From: Elsinoe ampelina
Taxonomy: Eukaryota
Direction: 5' to 3'
DNA: 64,000 nt
Assembly (NCBI GenBank): GCA_010093995.1
Contig: ML992517.1
Location: forward strand, 262,677 to 326,676
Below the pieces are notes generated by a model, which was given only the letters and a program-made list of their open reading frames with translations, was not told the origin of the DNA and searched no databases. The translations under genes and the position numbers were made by a program. Positions 1 to 13,100 of this stretch are shown here, in pieces; within the stretch, counting starts at the first letter, position 1; the number at the start of each line of letters is the position of its first letter.

Positions 1-272
1 TTAACTATAGTACTTATATAAGGTAAGGACTATTTCTATATACTTGTGTTCTTTATCGCGTACTTTATATACTCTATATGCTCCGTAGCGAAAGCTAGGG
101 GCAGCATAGAGTACATGTCTACTAGTAACCTACGCGCTCTATAGTCTCTAGGGTAGAGCCGCTAGAGAAGATAGAGAACCGGGTAAATGTCGGGCTAGGT
201 TACGTAATAACCTTAGTAGTTTAATTAGTCCTAACGTCCCTACGCTCTAGCTTATCCTACTAGTTCGTAACA
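1..272. repeat. End of an LTR (family D, truncated by window edge) inserted in the 5' leader of element A copy 1
   Basis: Ends ...tcgtaaca (CA terminus) at 272. Similarity to A copy 2 begins exactly at 273 (ctattataactatagttcccgcg) and is absent upstream. Predicted TSD CTATT; the other end lies outside the window. Confidence 0.65.
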
Positions 273-476
273 CTATTATAACTATAGTTCCCGCGTATAC
301 TATAATAGATCCTTGCTACTACTATATAGGTTAATACTATAAACTCTAAAGATATAAGAAAAAGGTAATAAGTTAAGTTATAGACAACTCTTAAAGAAAG
401 TAGACTACTAGCTAAAAATTTTAATATTCTCTTTGTTATATATTAACTTTTTATACTATTTTATTTATAACTAACT

Positions 477-3400
477 ATGCTAAGTATAGCTTACTCTAAC
501 TATAGTAACGACAACTATTATATAAGTAAGATCCCTCTACCCTCTACTAATAATAATAATAAACCTATCTAGTTATTCTATTATAACCTTATTCGCCTTA
601 ATAACTCTAACCTAAAGAAGAGATTATAAGAGTTAGATAGTATAATTACTCTATGTAAGGCCTTTACCTTTATTAAGTCTACCTATAATAAATAGGTTAC
701 TATATATAACTTAGTATATTTTAATACTCTTAATCTATATAACTAGTTAGACAACGTCCTTATTAAACTAAATATAGCTAATAGTACTACTAATAATCTT
801 ACTACCTAGGCCGCGTACTACTTTACTAATATTAGTAAACTTAAAACTAAACTAGCCTAGCTAAGAGCTAAGATAGAACGCACTATACTAGCCTCTTCTA
901 TATATGTATTACATTGTTAAAGAAGATACTAGACCCCGCTATCTTCTCTAGTAGTACTCTAGAATAGTTTAAGGTCTTTAAATATTAGATAAAGAATAAG
1001 ATATATACTAACGCTAACTACTTCTCTACTAAGGCTATCTAGTTTATCTACCTATACTTACGCCTCTCTAATAAAGTATATACCCTCGTTATAGACACCG
1101 CTAGTAATAATACTATTAGCGTTAATAAGACTCTTACTCTCCTAGCCTAATACTTTAAGAATCCTAACTATAAGACTATAGTACGTACTTAGTTTACTAG
1201 TCTCTTCTAGTGTAATATCTCCTTTAACTCCTTTATTAGTAAGTTTAATAAGTATACTTTCTACGCTAAGATTACTAAAGATAAATAGCTCTACTAGCTT
1301 TAGTAGAAAATATCTAGTAAGCTATATACTACCCTTATTAACTTCGATACTAATAGTCTTTCTATCTTTATTATAAAGGCTTATACTACTAATTATAATA
1401 TCTAGTAGAGTAACCTTATTACTAAGCGTACATAGGCTTTATGCCTTAGCCTAGCTATAAGCTATACCGCTACTACCTCTACTTATATATCTTATTCTAC
1501 CTCTATACTTACTACTCTAGCTACCTTCTACTCTATTACTAGAGGTGCTCTATAGCCTTTCTGTCTAACTTAGGCACTTACCTACTATATATGTAGTAAA
1601 CCTAGCTATATCTCTACTAAGTATATAGCTAGTACTTTAGAGAAGGCTACTTACGCTACTATACGCTCTATACGTATTAGTACTATAGAGGAGATATAGT
1701 AGCTCTAGAATCGCTTAGCTAAGTTAAGTAACTAAGTTAATACTAGTTCGGCTTATGAACTAGATCTAGTTTAGCCTTAGTTCGACCCTAAAATAGACTA
1801 TAAACCTACTAGTTTCTCTAGCTAGAGAAACAAGTAGCTAGAGAATAAGTCCTATTCTCTAGCGAAATAAGAGTAATTCGAGATAGATCTAGAGATATAT
1901 ACTTAATAAACAGCGTTATTAGCTACTATATCCCTGCTATTATAACTCCTATTACTATTTACAACTCTTATAATATAAGGGCTTAGTATTAGAGCGGCAC
2001 TTAGTAGCGGCTAGTTCCGCTTACGTAACGTACTTAAATATCCTATATAGCGCTTACGCCCGGGGCTTAATAGCAATTAGTTCTACTACTAACGGACTAT
2101 TTAGTTAGATAGGCGTTCTCTATATTACGATATATATAGCTTTAATATAAGGCTTTAATATATAACTACTTATGTACTATTATACTTTAAGCCTTTATTA
2201 ACACTAGCGCGCTTATTAGCGCCGTAGTTAATTATAACATCCTTAATAAGCTAAAGAGCTTTAGCTGCCCTATAGTACTAGCTAGTCCTATTTAGCTTTA
2301 AGCCTATAACAGTGTTCTAATAGAGTAAGTTATATATAGTATTCCTCTTACTACTACTATTTCTAGTAAGCTAAATAACTTTACTACCTTTCGTATTATA
2401 GATATTAGCTAATTTAATATTATTCTTAGCCTTAGCTAGCTTAAGGCTAATAGGGCTACTATTAACTATAAGTATAGCTAAGTTATATATAAAGAAGAGT
2501 TTTTACTAATAGTTATTAAGTAGAAGCTACTATAGCTAATTAAAAGACTAGAATCTAGATCTAAGCCCGGCTTAGATCTAGAAATCTAGCTTAGTAAAGC
2601 TGCCGTTTTAGTTTAGAATTAGTTTAGTTCTAGTTTAATACGTAAACTAGGTTCTAGCTTAGCTACTAAGATAGAGTAAACTAGACTATATTAACTACTA
2701 GCTCTTAGGTTAAACTTTAAGCTAAATTAGAGAGAGTTTAAGCTAATCTCCTATAGTACTTAGTTAATGTATAAGTTCTTCTACATACCTACCTACGTAA
2801 GTAACACTAAGTAAGAAAAGCTAACTATTGCTTTTATCGGCGCTACTACCTTCGTATTAGTAGCTAAATACTAAGAGAATAAGGTGTTTATAATCTTAGT
2901 AAAGAATATTAAAGATTACTACCGAATAGCCTTTAAGCTAGAACTAGACCCTATAGTAGTTCTCTCTAAAGAGCTATATAAATTTACTAATGTTTTTTCT
3001 AAGAAGTAATCTAATATACTACCTCTCTATTAGCTAGGATTCGATAACTAGATTATACTTAAGGATAGTACTAAACTACTATATATAGAACTCCTATAGC
3101 GCCTATTCTTTAAGAAGCTTAATATAGTAGAGTAATTTATTTATAAACACCTTAATAAAGGCTTTATTATACTAAGCTCTACTAGCTATTTCTTACCTAT
3201 TCTCTTTATTTATAAGCTAGGCGGAGGTCTCTACCTCTATATTAATTACTATAGCCTTAATAAGGTAACTAAGTAAGATATCTATCTACTACCTCTTATT
3301 AAAGAAACACTTACGCGCGTAAGTAAGGCTAAATAGTTTAGTAAGATTAATATCTATTAAGCCTTCTACCGCCTCTATAACTCTATTAATAGCGAGGATC

Positions 3401-6130
3401 TAACTATATTCTTTATATATATAGGTAACTTTAAGTAGTTAGTAATGCCTTTTAGCCTTACTAACGCCTCTATAGTATAGTAGAGATTTATAAATTAGAA
3501 TTTCGTTAATATACTAGAGCACTTTATATTAATCTATCTAGATAACATTCTTATCTATACTAATAGTACTTGCCGAGAGTACGCTAAGCATATTAAGCTT
3601 ATACTCTAGAGGCTTTATAAATTAGGCCTAAACACTAACATTAAGAAGAGTAAGTTCTACCTAATAGAGGTAAAGTACCTTAGTATTATTATTAGCCGAG
3701 ATAGAGTTAAGATAGACCCTAAGAAGGTAGAAGCTATTCGAGCATAGAAATAGCTAGCCCCTAGTAATACTACTTAGGTAAGAAGCTTTATTAGCTTCTA
3801 TAGCTACTATTACTACTTTATTAAGGGATTTAGTACTATTACTAAGCTATTAAACAATCTACTTAAGAAAGACGCTACGCTATAGAACGATAAGTGCACT
3901 ACTATATTTAATTATATAAAGCGTACTATTATAAGTATATCTATCCTTATATACTTTAATTACTTAAAGTAGATAGTTCTTAAGACTAACACTTCTAATA
4001 CTACTACCGCTGGAATTCTATTATAATATAACAAATCTAATATTCTTTAGCCTATTACCTTTTTTAGTAAGTCTATAAACAAAGCTAAATATAACTACGC
4101 TATCTATAACAAAGAACTACTAGCTACTATTTAAGCCTTTAAGGAGTAGGCCCTTAAGCTTATAAGTACTTAATCTAATAAGGCTATCTATATCCTTACT
4201 AACTACTAATCGTTAATATACTTTATAAAGACTTAGAAGCTATTACGCTACTAAGTACGCTAGGCCCTCTACCTTACGTAGTTTAACTTTAAGATTATAT
4301 ATAGGCCTAGCGCCGCTAATAGCAAAGCTAATATACTTACAAGAAGGAATAGAGATATACTATACTCGAAGGAAGACTCTAACCTCTACTAGACGTTATT
4401 ACTATATAAGGTGCTTAATCTATACATTATTAACGAACTAAATCTAGGTCGTATCTAAACTAAATTACTAGCTCGAGTCGAACTAGTATCTAGTTTGTTA
4501 TCTAGTTTATAAACTAGTTCGTTATCTAGCTTATTACCTATTTTACTTTCTATTTTATAACCTATATCGGCGCCTATTTCGGCTACTAAACTAGGCATCT
4601 ATATAGCACCTATAATAGCTATAGAAGAGCCTTTACCTCTTTTCGAAGAAGTAGCTAAAGCTAACTTATAGAACGCTAAGTGTAAAATAGTTCGAGGCAT
4701 CTACTATATAATAGAGACCTCCCTAAAGAGGAAATAGCTACTATTAACCGATGTTACTATTAATAAAGGGATATTATAGGTCGCTAGCTAACTATTTATA
4801 CTATAGTTAATAGCTATAAAGGTTATCTAAGAGGTCTATATATCGAAGAACTATATATATACTAGAGCTACTAAAACAGCTACTATAATTAAGACTACCT
4901 TTTTTATTCTAGGCTATAATAACTTTATTAAGAGGTTCGTTACTAATTACTATAACTATAAACGCTTAAAGGCTTACTATAGCTTACCGGCTGGCCTTCT
5001 ATTACCTTTGTCTATTCCGGAAAGGCCCTAGTAATATATTATAATAGACTTTATTACTAGTCTACTCTTAGCTAATAGCTATAACATAGTACTCTATGTT
5101 ATTAATTGTTTATCTAAGGAATAACACTTAATCCCTTACTTCTCTAGAGATAGAGGGACCTTAGCGTTTAAAACTACTAAGTTATTATTCTTCTACGTAT
5201 AGAAACTATATAGCCTACTAGATAGTATTACCTCCAACTATAGTCCTTAGTTCGTTAGCAACGTATAGAGTAGGCTCTACTAGATCCTAAAAATTATAGC
5301 TAAGCTCTTAACTGCTAGCTACTCTTAAACTAATAGCTAATTAGAGGTTATAAATTACAAGTTTAAGTAAGTTATTTATTTATATACTACGCGCTTTAGT
5401 AATTAGACCCTTATTCTACTAGTAGTAGAGTTCTCTACTAATACTAGCCTATTAGAAAGTACTAAGTTATTACTCTTTAAGGTTACTAGAGGATATAAGT
5501 CTAGGCTAAGCTTCTAGCTCCCCTCCGATATACTATTAATAAGAGCTAAGCTTAATAAGGCTAATATCCGAGCACTTACTAAATAACTAAAGGAGGCGCT
5601 ATCTATTACTAAGGTAAACCTCGCTATTGCCTAATTATATATAGTAGAATAGGCTAATAAACACCGCTAGCTAATAGAATTTAAGGTAGGCGATTTAGTT
5701 TAGTTATTAATAAAAAACCTCTAGCTTTAAGGTAATCTAAAGCTACTACTAAAACACGTTAGTCTATATAAGATCTTAGAGAAGTATTTAAGGCTATTAT
5801 ATAAGCTAGAGCTTCTACTAGCGCTATAACAAATTTACCTAGTATTCTATACTAACTTCCTAACTAAGTACCCTAATAACTCTCTTCTAGGCTAAGCCTT
5901 TAAAGAGCTACCTCTAATAGAGGTCGATAGTAAAGAGAAGTATAAGGTAGATGACATAATTAATATATATATGTTATAAGGGAAGCTAGTTGCCTATATA
6001 AGCTAGAAGAGATATCTAGAGAATCTTACCTAGTAGCTAATTAACAATCTTAAAGAAGTAGCTAATATACTACGTAACTATCTAGACTCTTACACGGATA
6101 AGCTAAGGCCGAAATAGATTAATAGATAGT
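477..6130 (+). pseudogene. gag-pol remnant of A copy 1 (protease, RT, RNase H, integrase, chromodomain); ends approximate
   Basis: AFI(D)T(G)A protease motif ~2195, IYLD(D)ILIY at ~3532-3560, IY(D)KELLA ~4100, DFIT(G)L(P) ~5048, chromodomain-like Y(E)VDDII..(W)K(G)Y..LT(W) at ~5940-6060. Many TAA/TAG stops. Confidence 0.9.
1974..2160. repeat. Solo LTR (187 bp) of another family inserted in A copy 1
   Basis: Absent from A copy 2 at the equivalent site (~27495). Flanked by 5-bp TSD TATAA (1969-1973, 2161-2165). Ends tataag...ttaata are compatible with RIP-mutated TG...CA. Confidence 0.85.
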
Positions 6131-6174
6131 ATATAATAGTGTTTAAGAGTAAACACGTTTAAGAGGAGAGGTAG

Positions 6175-6374
6175 TAATATAAGATAGATACGAACTAGAT
6201 TTAGTTAGGATTTAGTTTAGATTAGTTATATAATCTTAGTATCGCGGCCTAGGCTTCTAGCCGCTTTACCCTCGATATTATATATGCTTTATATACTAGC
6301 TTTTCTTCTTCTTCTAAGTCTTAATATCTTAATAAATAGACGTAATTAACTTCTTATCTTACTAGTCGTAATTA
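6175..6374 (+). repeat. 3' LTR of A copy 1
   Basis: Reverse complement of the LTRs at 23280-23482, 29340-29542 and 38567-38782. Confidence 0.95.
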
Positions 6375-6475
6375 CTAATAGGTTTATAATAGCTTTTAAA
6401 TACCTTCTAATATATAAAAATTAGTATTAAGTAAGAAGGTTCTTATAGTCTACTAAGCCTACTAAAGGTAACTAG

Positions 6476-6671
6476 TATTATAGCGTAGGTTACTTTCTAG
6501 TATTAAGTAGGGATACTTAGGCCTTATTACTATTATTATATTAAAGCTACTAGTCTATTACGTTATATATATCTATTACTATATTAGTTGTCTATAATAC
6601 TACCTATATATCTTAATGTTTCTTTATAATAATAGCTATAGGTTAGGTAACCTATATCTTAGTCTATAATA
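6476..6671 (-). repeat. 3' LTR of E
   Basis: Direct repeat of 38347-38542; adjacent PPT complement actattctctctct. Confidence 0.92.
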
Positions 6672-9006
6672 ACTATTCTCTCTCTACTAGTATCTATCCT
6701 AGATATAAATAGAAACTAGCTTATACCTTAGCTAGATACTTACCTATCTAGATAGCTCTTCCTTAGAGACCCTAAATAGGACTACTCTTAGCTATATAAA
6801 CTACTACCTATTAGACTCTCTTTAATAATAGATATAACTATAAGTGTTAAAAGATACTAGTATATTCTTATAGTTAGCTACTATCTCCTCTACTACTATA
6901 CGCTACTATCTTTATATATTTAACCTACTTCTAGTAAGTCTCTTATTCTTATTCTCTAATAGCTCTAATAGTTTCTCTTTCTTCTTACTTTTCTTAACTA
7001 TCTCTTCCTTATTATTCTTTATTATTATTATATCTCTAGAAGTAATTATACTATAAGAAGTAGAGTTAGAATTATTATAAGGTACTAGAACTAAGTTTTA
7101 CTTCTTATAGTAAAAGAAAGAATATACTCTAGTATAGTACTACTTCTTATATATCTTAACCTTATTCTAAGCTATATATACCTAGACCTTAATCTACTTA
7201 TAAATCTTAGTTACTTTTACCTAAGCTACTACTAAGTTATTAAAAAGAAGAATAGTAACTTTTTCTACTATAGTTAAATTATTCTAATAAATATACTTAA
7301 CTAATATATTACTTACTAGACTATTAATCTTTAGATAGATAGCTATAAGAAAAGTAAGATATATAGACCTATATATATTTAGCTTACTTAAAGAAGTAAG
7401 GGTAGTAAGCTTCTTTTTTATATATATATTAACTAGGGAGAAGTAGATACTATTCTTATTCTATTCTAGAGTCTTATAATTAGTACTAATACTATAGTAC
7501 TATAGCAGAAAAGTATAGTAAATACTAGTAGTAGGACTAGTAGAACTATATAAAGTATAAAGTATAGTAAGATAAATATTATTAGCCTTATAGAGAAAAA
7601 GCTTTTACTTAGTACTATATTTAGCCTTATCTTCTAAAGTAAAATACTAAGGAGAGATATTAATAATAGAAGTATTATTTAGAATTTTATAAGCCTTAAG
7701 GTCTATAACCTATTCCTTTATATAGTAATATATACTATAGACTATAATAGTATAATTACTCTTAGTCTTATTATCTAAGCTAAGGAAGCTCTATATAGTA
7801 TTAATACTATAACTAGTAGCTAGTAAACTAGGGTTAATATTAATATAGTAGAACTAAGTATAATTACTCTTCTAAGTATACTTAGTATAGTAAGAGTAGA
7901 AGATTAACTAAATATATCTATTAGAGTAATAAGCTATATAGAGATAGTAGTACTTAGAGTCTATATATATAGCTTACTAAGTAAAAAAATAAAATATATT
8001 TCTTAACTATCTAAGCTATCTCTTACCCTTAGAAAAACTAAAGTAGTAGTAGTATATCTTAATCTTCTCTAAGAAAATATCTATAAGATCTATATTAAAC
8101 TAAAACTTAAAGATATTTATACTAATATTTCTATTAGCTAACTACTTATCTAAAAGACCTTAATAAAAACTATTAAGAATTACTTTATATTAGTTAGTAT
8201 TAATATATTATTCTAGAAGTATAGTCTTATACTTAAAAGTACTTCTTTTAGTAGCTACTTACTTATAATAAGCTAAAGGAACTAACTACTAAAAGGTCTT
8301 TTAGTATATCTCTATTATATCTAGGGTACTATTAAGGTAGAAGTTATACTAATAGTTAATATAATAGTAAAGAAGATTCTAAGAAATATTAGAGAGAAGA
8401 TATAGATAATAGACTAATATATAGGTATATAGGTAGTAGATAGAGCTTTTAGTACTTAAATCCTTATTACGCTATTAGTCTATAATAATAGCTAGCTCTA
8501 TAGTACTAATACTCTTCTTTAATAATATAGCTATCTTTAATTCTTATAAGATACTCTTATATATATATATCTTCTTTAGATTCTCTTTACTAGGTTTAGT
8601 AGTAGTATCTTTACCTCTATCTATAGTAAGTATAGAGATAGAATAGTCTACTAAGATAAACTCTCTATTATCTCTAATATAACACTTCTTACTTAGGGAC
8701 CTAGTATAACTCTTATACTTAGGCTTCTCTTAAGGCTCTTTAATAGACTTAATAATTCTCTTATCTTCTTCTTCTTTATTCTATAGCTAATTTTATAGAT
8801 ATATATAAATAGACCTATATACTAAATCCTTAAAGTAGATAGAAGAAGCTATATAAGATTCTAGATCTAAGCTAGGCTTAGATTTAGAAATACTAGAGTT
8901 TACCTAAGTAGTAATATTATTCCTTATAGTAATACTAGTATACTATATAATTATAATAGTAATCCTAGCTAAATTAGACTCTAATATACTAAGCTTACTA
9001 TAAGTA

Positions 9007-9428
9007 TATTACGAACTATCTAAACATAGCCTACGCTAGTAGTCTAAGCTAAGCCGAGAATAAGGTAGTTCTACTTCTATAGTAGTATAGTACTAAGGTA
9101 AGAGTCGGAGAAGGTATGTCTTATAGATAATAAAGTACAATTAGATAGTATTATAAAGACTAGCCTTAGTAATACTAGTATTTACTATCTAGACGAGATT
9201 AACTATAGTACTTATAGAAGGTAAGAACTATATACTATATATAGTACACTCTATAGCGTAAGAGTTTAGTAGTATTAGAGTATTAGTAGTAAAGCTACTA
9301 TCCTATAAACACTATAAACTATTTCCTAATTAGGCTACGTTACGTGTCCTAGGTTGCCTTGTCTTAGCGTAGAGTTAATTAGTTGTCTATAACTTGTTCT
9401 ATAGGTCTCTTAAGAGACCTTCGTAATA
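9007..9428 (-). repeat. 3' LTR of B
   Basis: Direct repeat of the split LTR 22976-23279 + 29548-29665. Confidence 0.95.
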
Positions 9429-9525
9429 CTATTCCTCTTCTAGCTAGAGTCGTCCTTAACGTTTATAACTACGTTGTTCCTTAGGTTATCTCTTTTCTTT
9501 ATTTTTCTTATAGTTATAGCTAACT

Positions 9526-10110
9526 ATAGACAGCTTTTGTGTTAATAAGAAGAATAGAAGCTAAAAACCTCCGCGGTCCTAGAAGTAGCGTTATATCGAC
9601 ATAGCTAACACTTTATTAACGCCTAAGAATATTACGATAGTTACTTATATAAACTGTCTAGAATCGGGTATAGTATATTATTTTAATTAGGAACGGTTAG
9701 TGAAATGCGCTAAGTGCTAGAGGCATAACCGAAAATATAATAGTACTTTCTCGTTTAAGAAATATTACTAGGTAGGTAAGTAAAAGAAAGTTATAAAGGT
9801 AAAGAGCCTTTAAAAATAAAAGGAGATAGCTTAGCTAAGGAGGAATCTTATCGCAGCGTAATAGGCGCTTACTATAGCTAAAGTAGAGAACTTGTCTCTA
9901 TAGAAGAATATTATAAAGCTAGATAAGAAGTCTAATTAGATACTTCGTTATAAGATAGAAGCGTTAGGCGCCTTTAACGTAATAGACCCTTCTACTAAAA
10001 TCTCTTTAGGAGACTACAACTTCGTAGTAGACGAGATGCCTATTATTTAGATAGTTAACTAGTCCGATTAGGGTTTAGACCCTAGTAGATCTTTAGAGCT
10101 TATCGGGTAA
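9526..10110 (+). pseudogene. Antisense accessory ORF of B: Zn2Cys6-like cluster plus coiled coil, ~194 aa before RIP
   Basis: One 585-nt frame from ATA (RIP of ATG) to TAA. 9646-9738 reads (C)INCLESGIV(C)YFN*ERLVKCAKC*RHNRK(C), i.e. C-x2-C-x6-C-x9-C-x2-C-x6-C with 3 Cys intact and 3 as TAT. A K/E/R/L-rich helical stretch follows. Confidence 0.75.
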
Positions 10111-13100
10111 GATACTCTTCTAGTTTCTAGGTGTTCTTACTTTACTAATACTCTTTCTAGTAGATTAAGTAGTAGCGTTTCTAGTTAATAAGCTTATAAG
10201 TTATAACTCTCTCGATCTTATATCTAGGTTATTACGTCTCTTTATCTAGTTTAATTAGTCTAGGTATAGCGTCCTATAGTGCCTTTTCTAGTAATAATAT
10301 ATAAAATACTAAGTAGATCCTTATATATCTTAGTAGTTCTAGTTTGTATATGTTTTTATTTTTCTTTTTAAGGATCCTAAAAGGTCCTAACTTAGTGTAA
10401 TTTAGTTTTTTGCTTAGTCTTTTAGTTTTAATATTTTTACTAAGGAGGTAAACTTTCTTTCCCTCTTATAGAATTAGTCCTATAATTCTTTTTTAGTTAG
10501 TAAATTCTGCTATTCTTTGTAATATAAATACTATATTATAGTATAGCTAGTCGTATAACTTTTTAATATTAGTTACTAATATATTAGTGTCCTTAGATAT
10601 TAGCTTAATTCTAAGCGTATTATAGTATAGATCTAGGTATATTCTATAATTTACATAAAAGAGTAAGACTCTATTTACTAATTTTCTATTATTAATAGCA
10701 AGCTCTATAAGTAGTAATAGTATTGCCTAAGAATCTTGTTTATAGTTAAGGTAGTAACGTAGGTACTATTCTAGTACTTAATTAGCTCGCTTAGTTTGTC
10801 TATCTATTTATAGATAAAAGAAGGTCGACAATTTATGTTTAACTCCTAGTAGGTCTATAAATAATTACTAGAATTGTAATATAAATAACTTATCCCTATT
10901 AGTAATTAGATCCTATAGTACTCTATACTATAAAACGATTATTCGGAGGAAGGTAAAGGCTATATCCTCTATAGTTACTATTATCTTATATAGTATAAAG
11001 TAGTAATACTTCGTAAACCTATCTACTAGAACTAAAATGCTATTATACTTTACGCCTATAAGAGGCTCTTCTAATAATAGTAAGAGTCCTATAAAGTCTA
11101 TTATAACTAATTACTATAGTTTATCTAGTAGTAGTAAGAGTTATAGTAGGCTATATAGCTTATGTTATAAGTACTTAGACTTATAGTATATATCGTATAT
11201 AGTGATATATGTCTTAATATCGTTTTGAAGTCCTTTCTAGAGGTAGTTTTATATAATAAGTTTAATAGTCTTATTAATCCTACTATGTCCTACTATTAGG
11301 TTATTATAGTATATTTAAATAACTTTTTGTTTTTGTTCTTATATAAGCTTCTAGGTAAGGCTATATAGTTACTCTACTTTCGGGTACTTATAGACTAAAG
11401 TGCTATCTTACTACTTTAATATAGAGGCCTCTATTATTGTTATATTCTTTAAGTAATCTAGCTATTAGCTAAGAGCGTCTACTCCGCTATTCTCTAATTC
11501 CTTAATATAATAAATCTAAAAGTTGTAGCTTATAAGTGTTTCTAACTATTAAATCTATTATCTATTAAGAACCTTAGTTATTGTCTAATATAGAAGGTTC
11601 TTATAGTTAGTATAGACTTATATAGGTAAGGTTATTCCTTCTAGGTATACTCTCTACTTACGGAATGCTTCTATAATTATAAGTAGTTCTTTGTTATATA
11701 TATTATAGTTAAGTTTAGGTCTAGTTATTTTTTATAAGTAGTATATAATTAGGTAGCGTTGTCCTTATACGTCTTTCTACGCTAGATATACTTCTATTAC
11801 AAAGTCTAAGGCATCTAATTTCTAGTAGTACTTATTAGTCTAGGTCGTAGAGTACTAGTATAGGTACTATTATAAGTCTAAGCTTTAGCTCCTTAAAGGC
11901 CTACCTATATTCTTCGTTAAAGACAAAGCTAGTTTCTTTCTTCGTAAGGTTAGATATTAGCGTAGCTACTTTAGAGAATTCCTTAATAAACTTATAGTAG
12001 TAGTTAAAGAACTCTAGTAGCGCTTAAACTTCTTTAACTATAGTAGGTTCTAGCTAGTTATTTACTAACTTAATCTTCTTTAGATTAGGTCTAATGCTAT
12101 TAGTAGATATAATATAGCTTAGAAATTATATCTTATATTTATAAAACTTATACTTAGAGAGCTTTACTAGTAGGTCTTTTTCCTTTAGTTTTTATAGTAC
12201 CTTATAAATATGTCTTATATATTTATTATATATCTTAGAGAAAACTATAATATTATATAAGTAAGCTAAGATAAAGTTATTAAGGTACTTCCTAAGAGTG
12301 TTATTAATTAATTCTTAGAAGAATATAGGTATATTAGTTAGGCTAAAGAGTATAACAAGGTACTTATAGAGTCCTTATCTAGTCCTAAAAGCTATCTTCT
12401 ACTCTTTACTATCCTTTATCTATATTTAGTAATAGGCGTCCCTAATATTAATTATAGTAAACTATTTAGCTCTAATAAGTTAATTCTAAAGTTTGTCGAT
12501 CCTTAGTAAAGAATAATAATTCTTTCTAGTAATTATATTAAGTTTCTAGTAATTAATATATAGTTGTAGTAATCTATCCTTCTTAGGTACGAAGAGTACT
12601 CTATATATAATTAGTAATTTTAATAGTTATATAAATCCTTTCTATAGATACTTATTAATATATTTCTTAAGGAAATCTTTCCCCTTTTTTAATAATAGTA
12701 TAAGACCTTAGTAGTATATTAGGGATTTACTCTCCTTGAAAGGTATTTTATAATTCTATATTTTATTAGGGTGGTTAAGTGGGTAATTACTATACTCTTT
12801 AGAGTATAGTAATTACAATGTAACTTTTCGTGAAATTTTCGTGTTTTTTGATATTTTAACGTGCATTAGTAAGCGTATTTTACTAATAAAGATATTTTGT
12901 CTATACTATCAAAAATTCTGCATTTTCTAGTACTATTTTTGCTTATGTAATCTTAGATCCTGATTTTTAGTAGTGATTTCAAATTTCTTTCTTCTTCTAA
13001 AAATCAGGATCTAGGATTACGTAAGCGAAAGTAGTACCAAAAAATGTAGATTTTTTTATAGTATAGAAAAAATACTTTAGATTATAAAAGAAGCTTACTA

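Larger units (their letters stand above)
273..6374 (+). mobile_element. Ty3/Gypsy chromovirus family A, copy 1 (5' LTR outside window), RIP-inactivated
   Basis: Colinear with the reverse complement of 23280-29542. Polypurine tract aagaggagaggtag at 6161-6174 followed by the 3' LTR. Confidence 0.95.
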
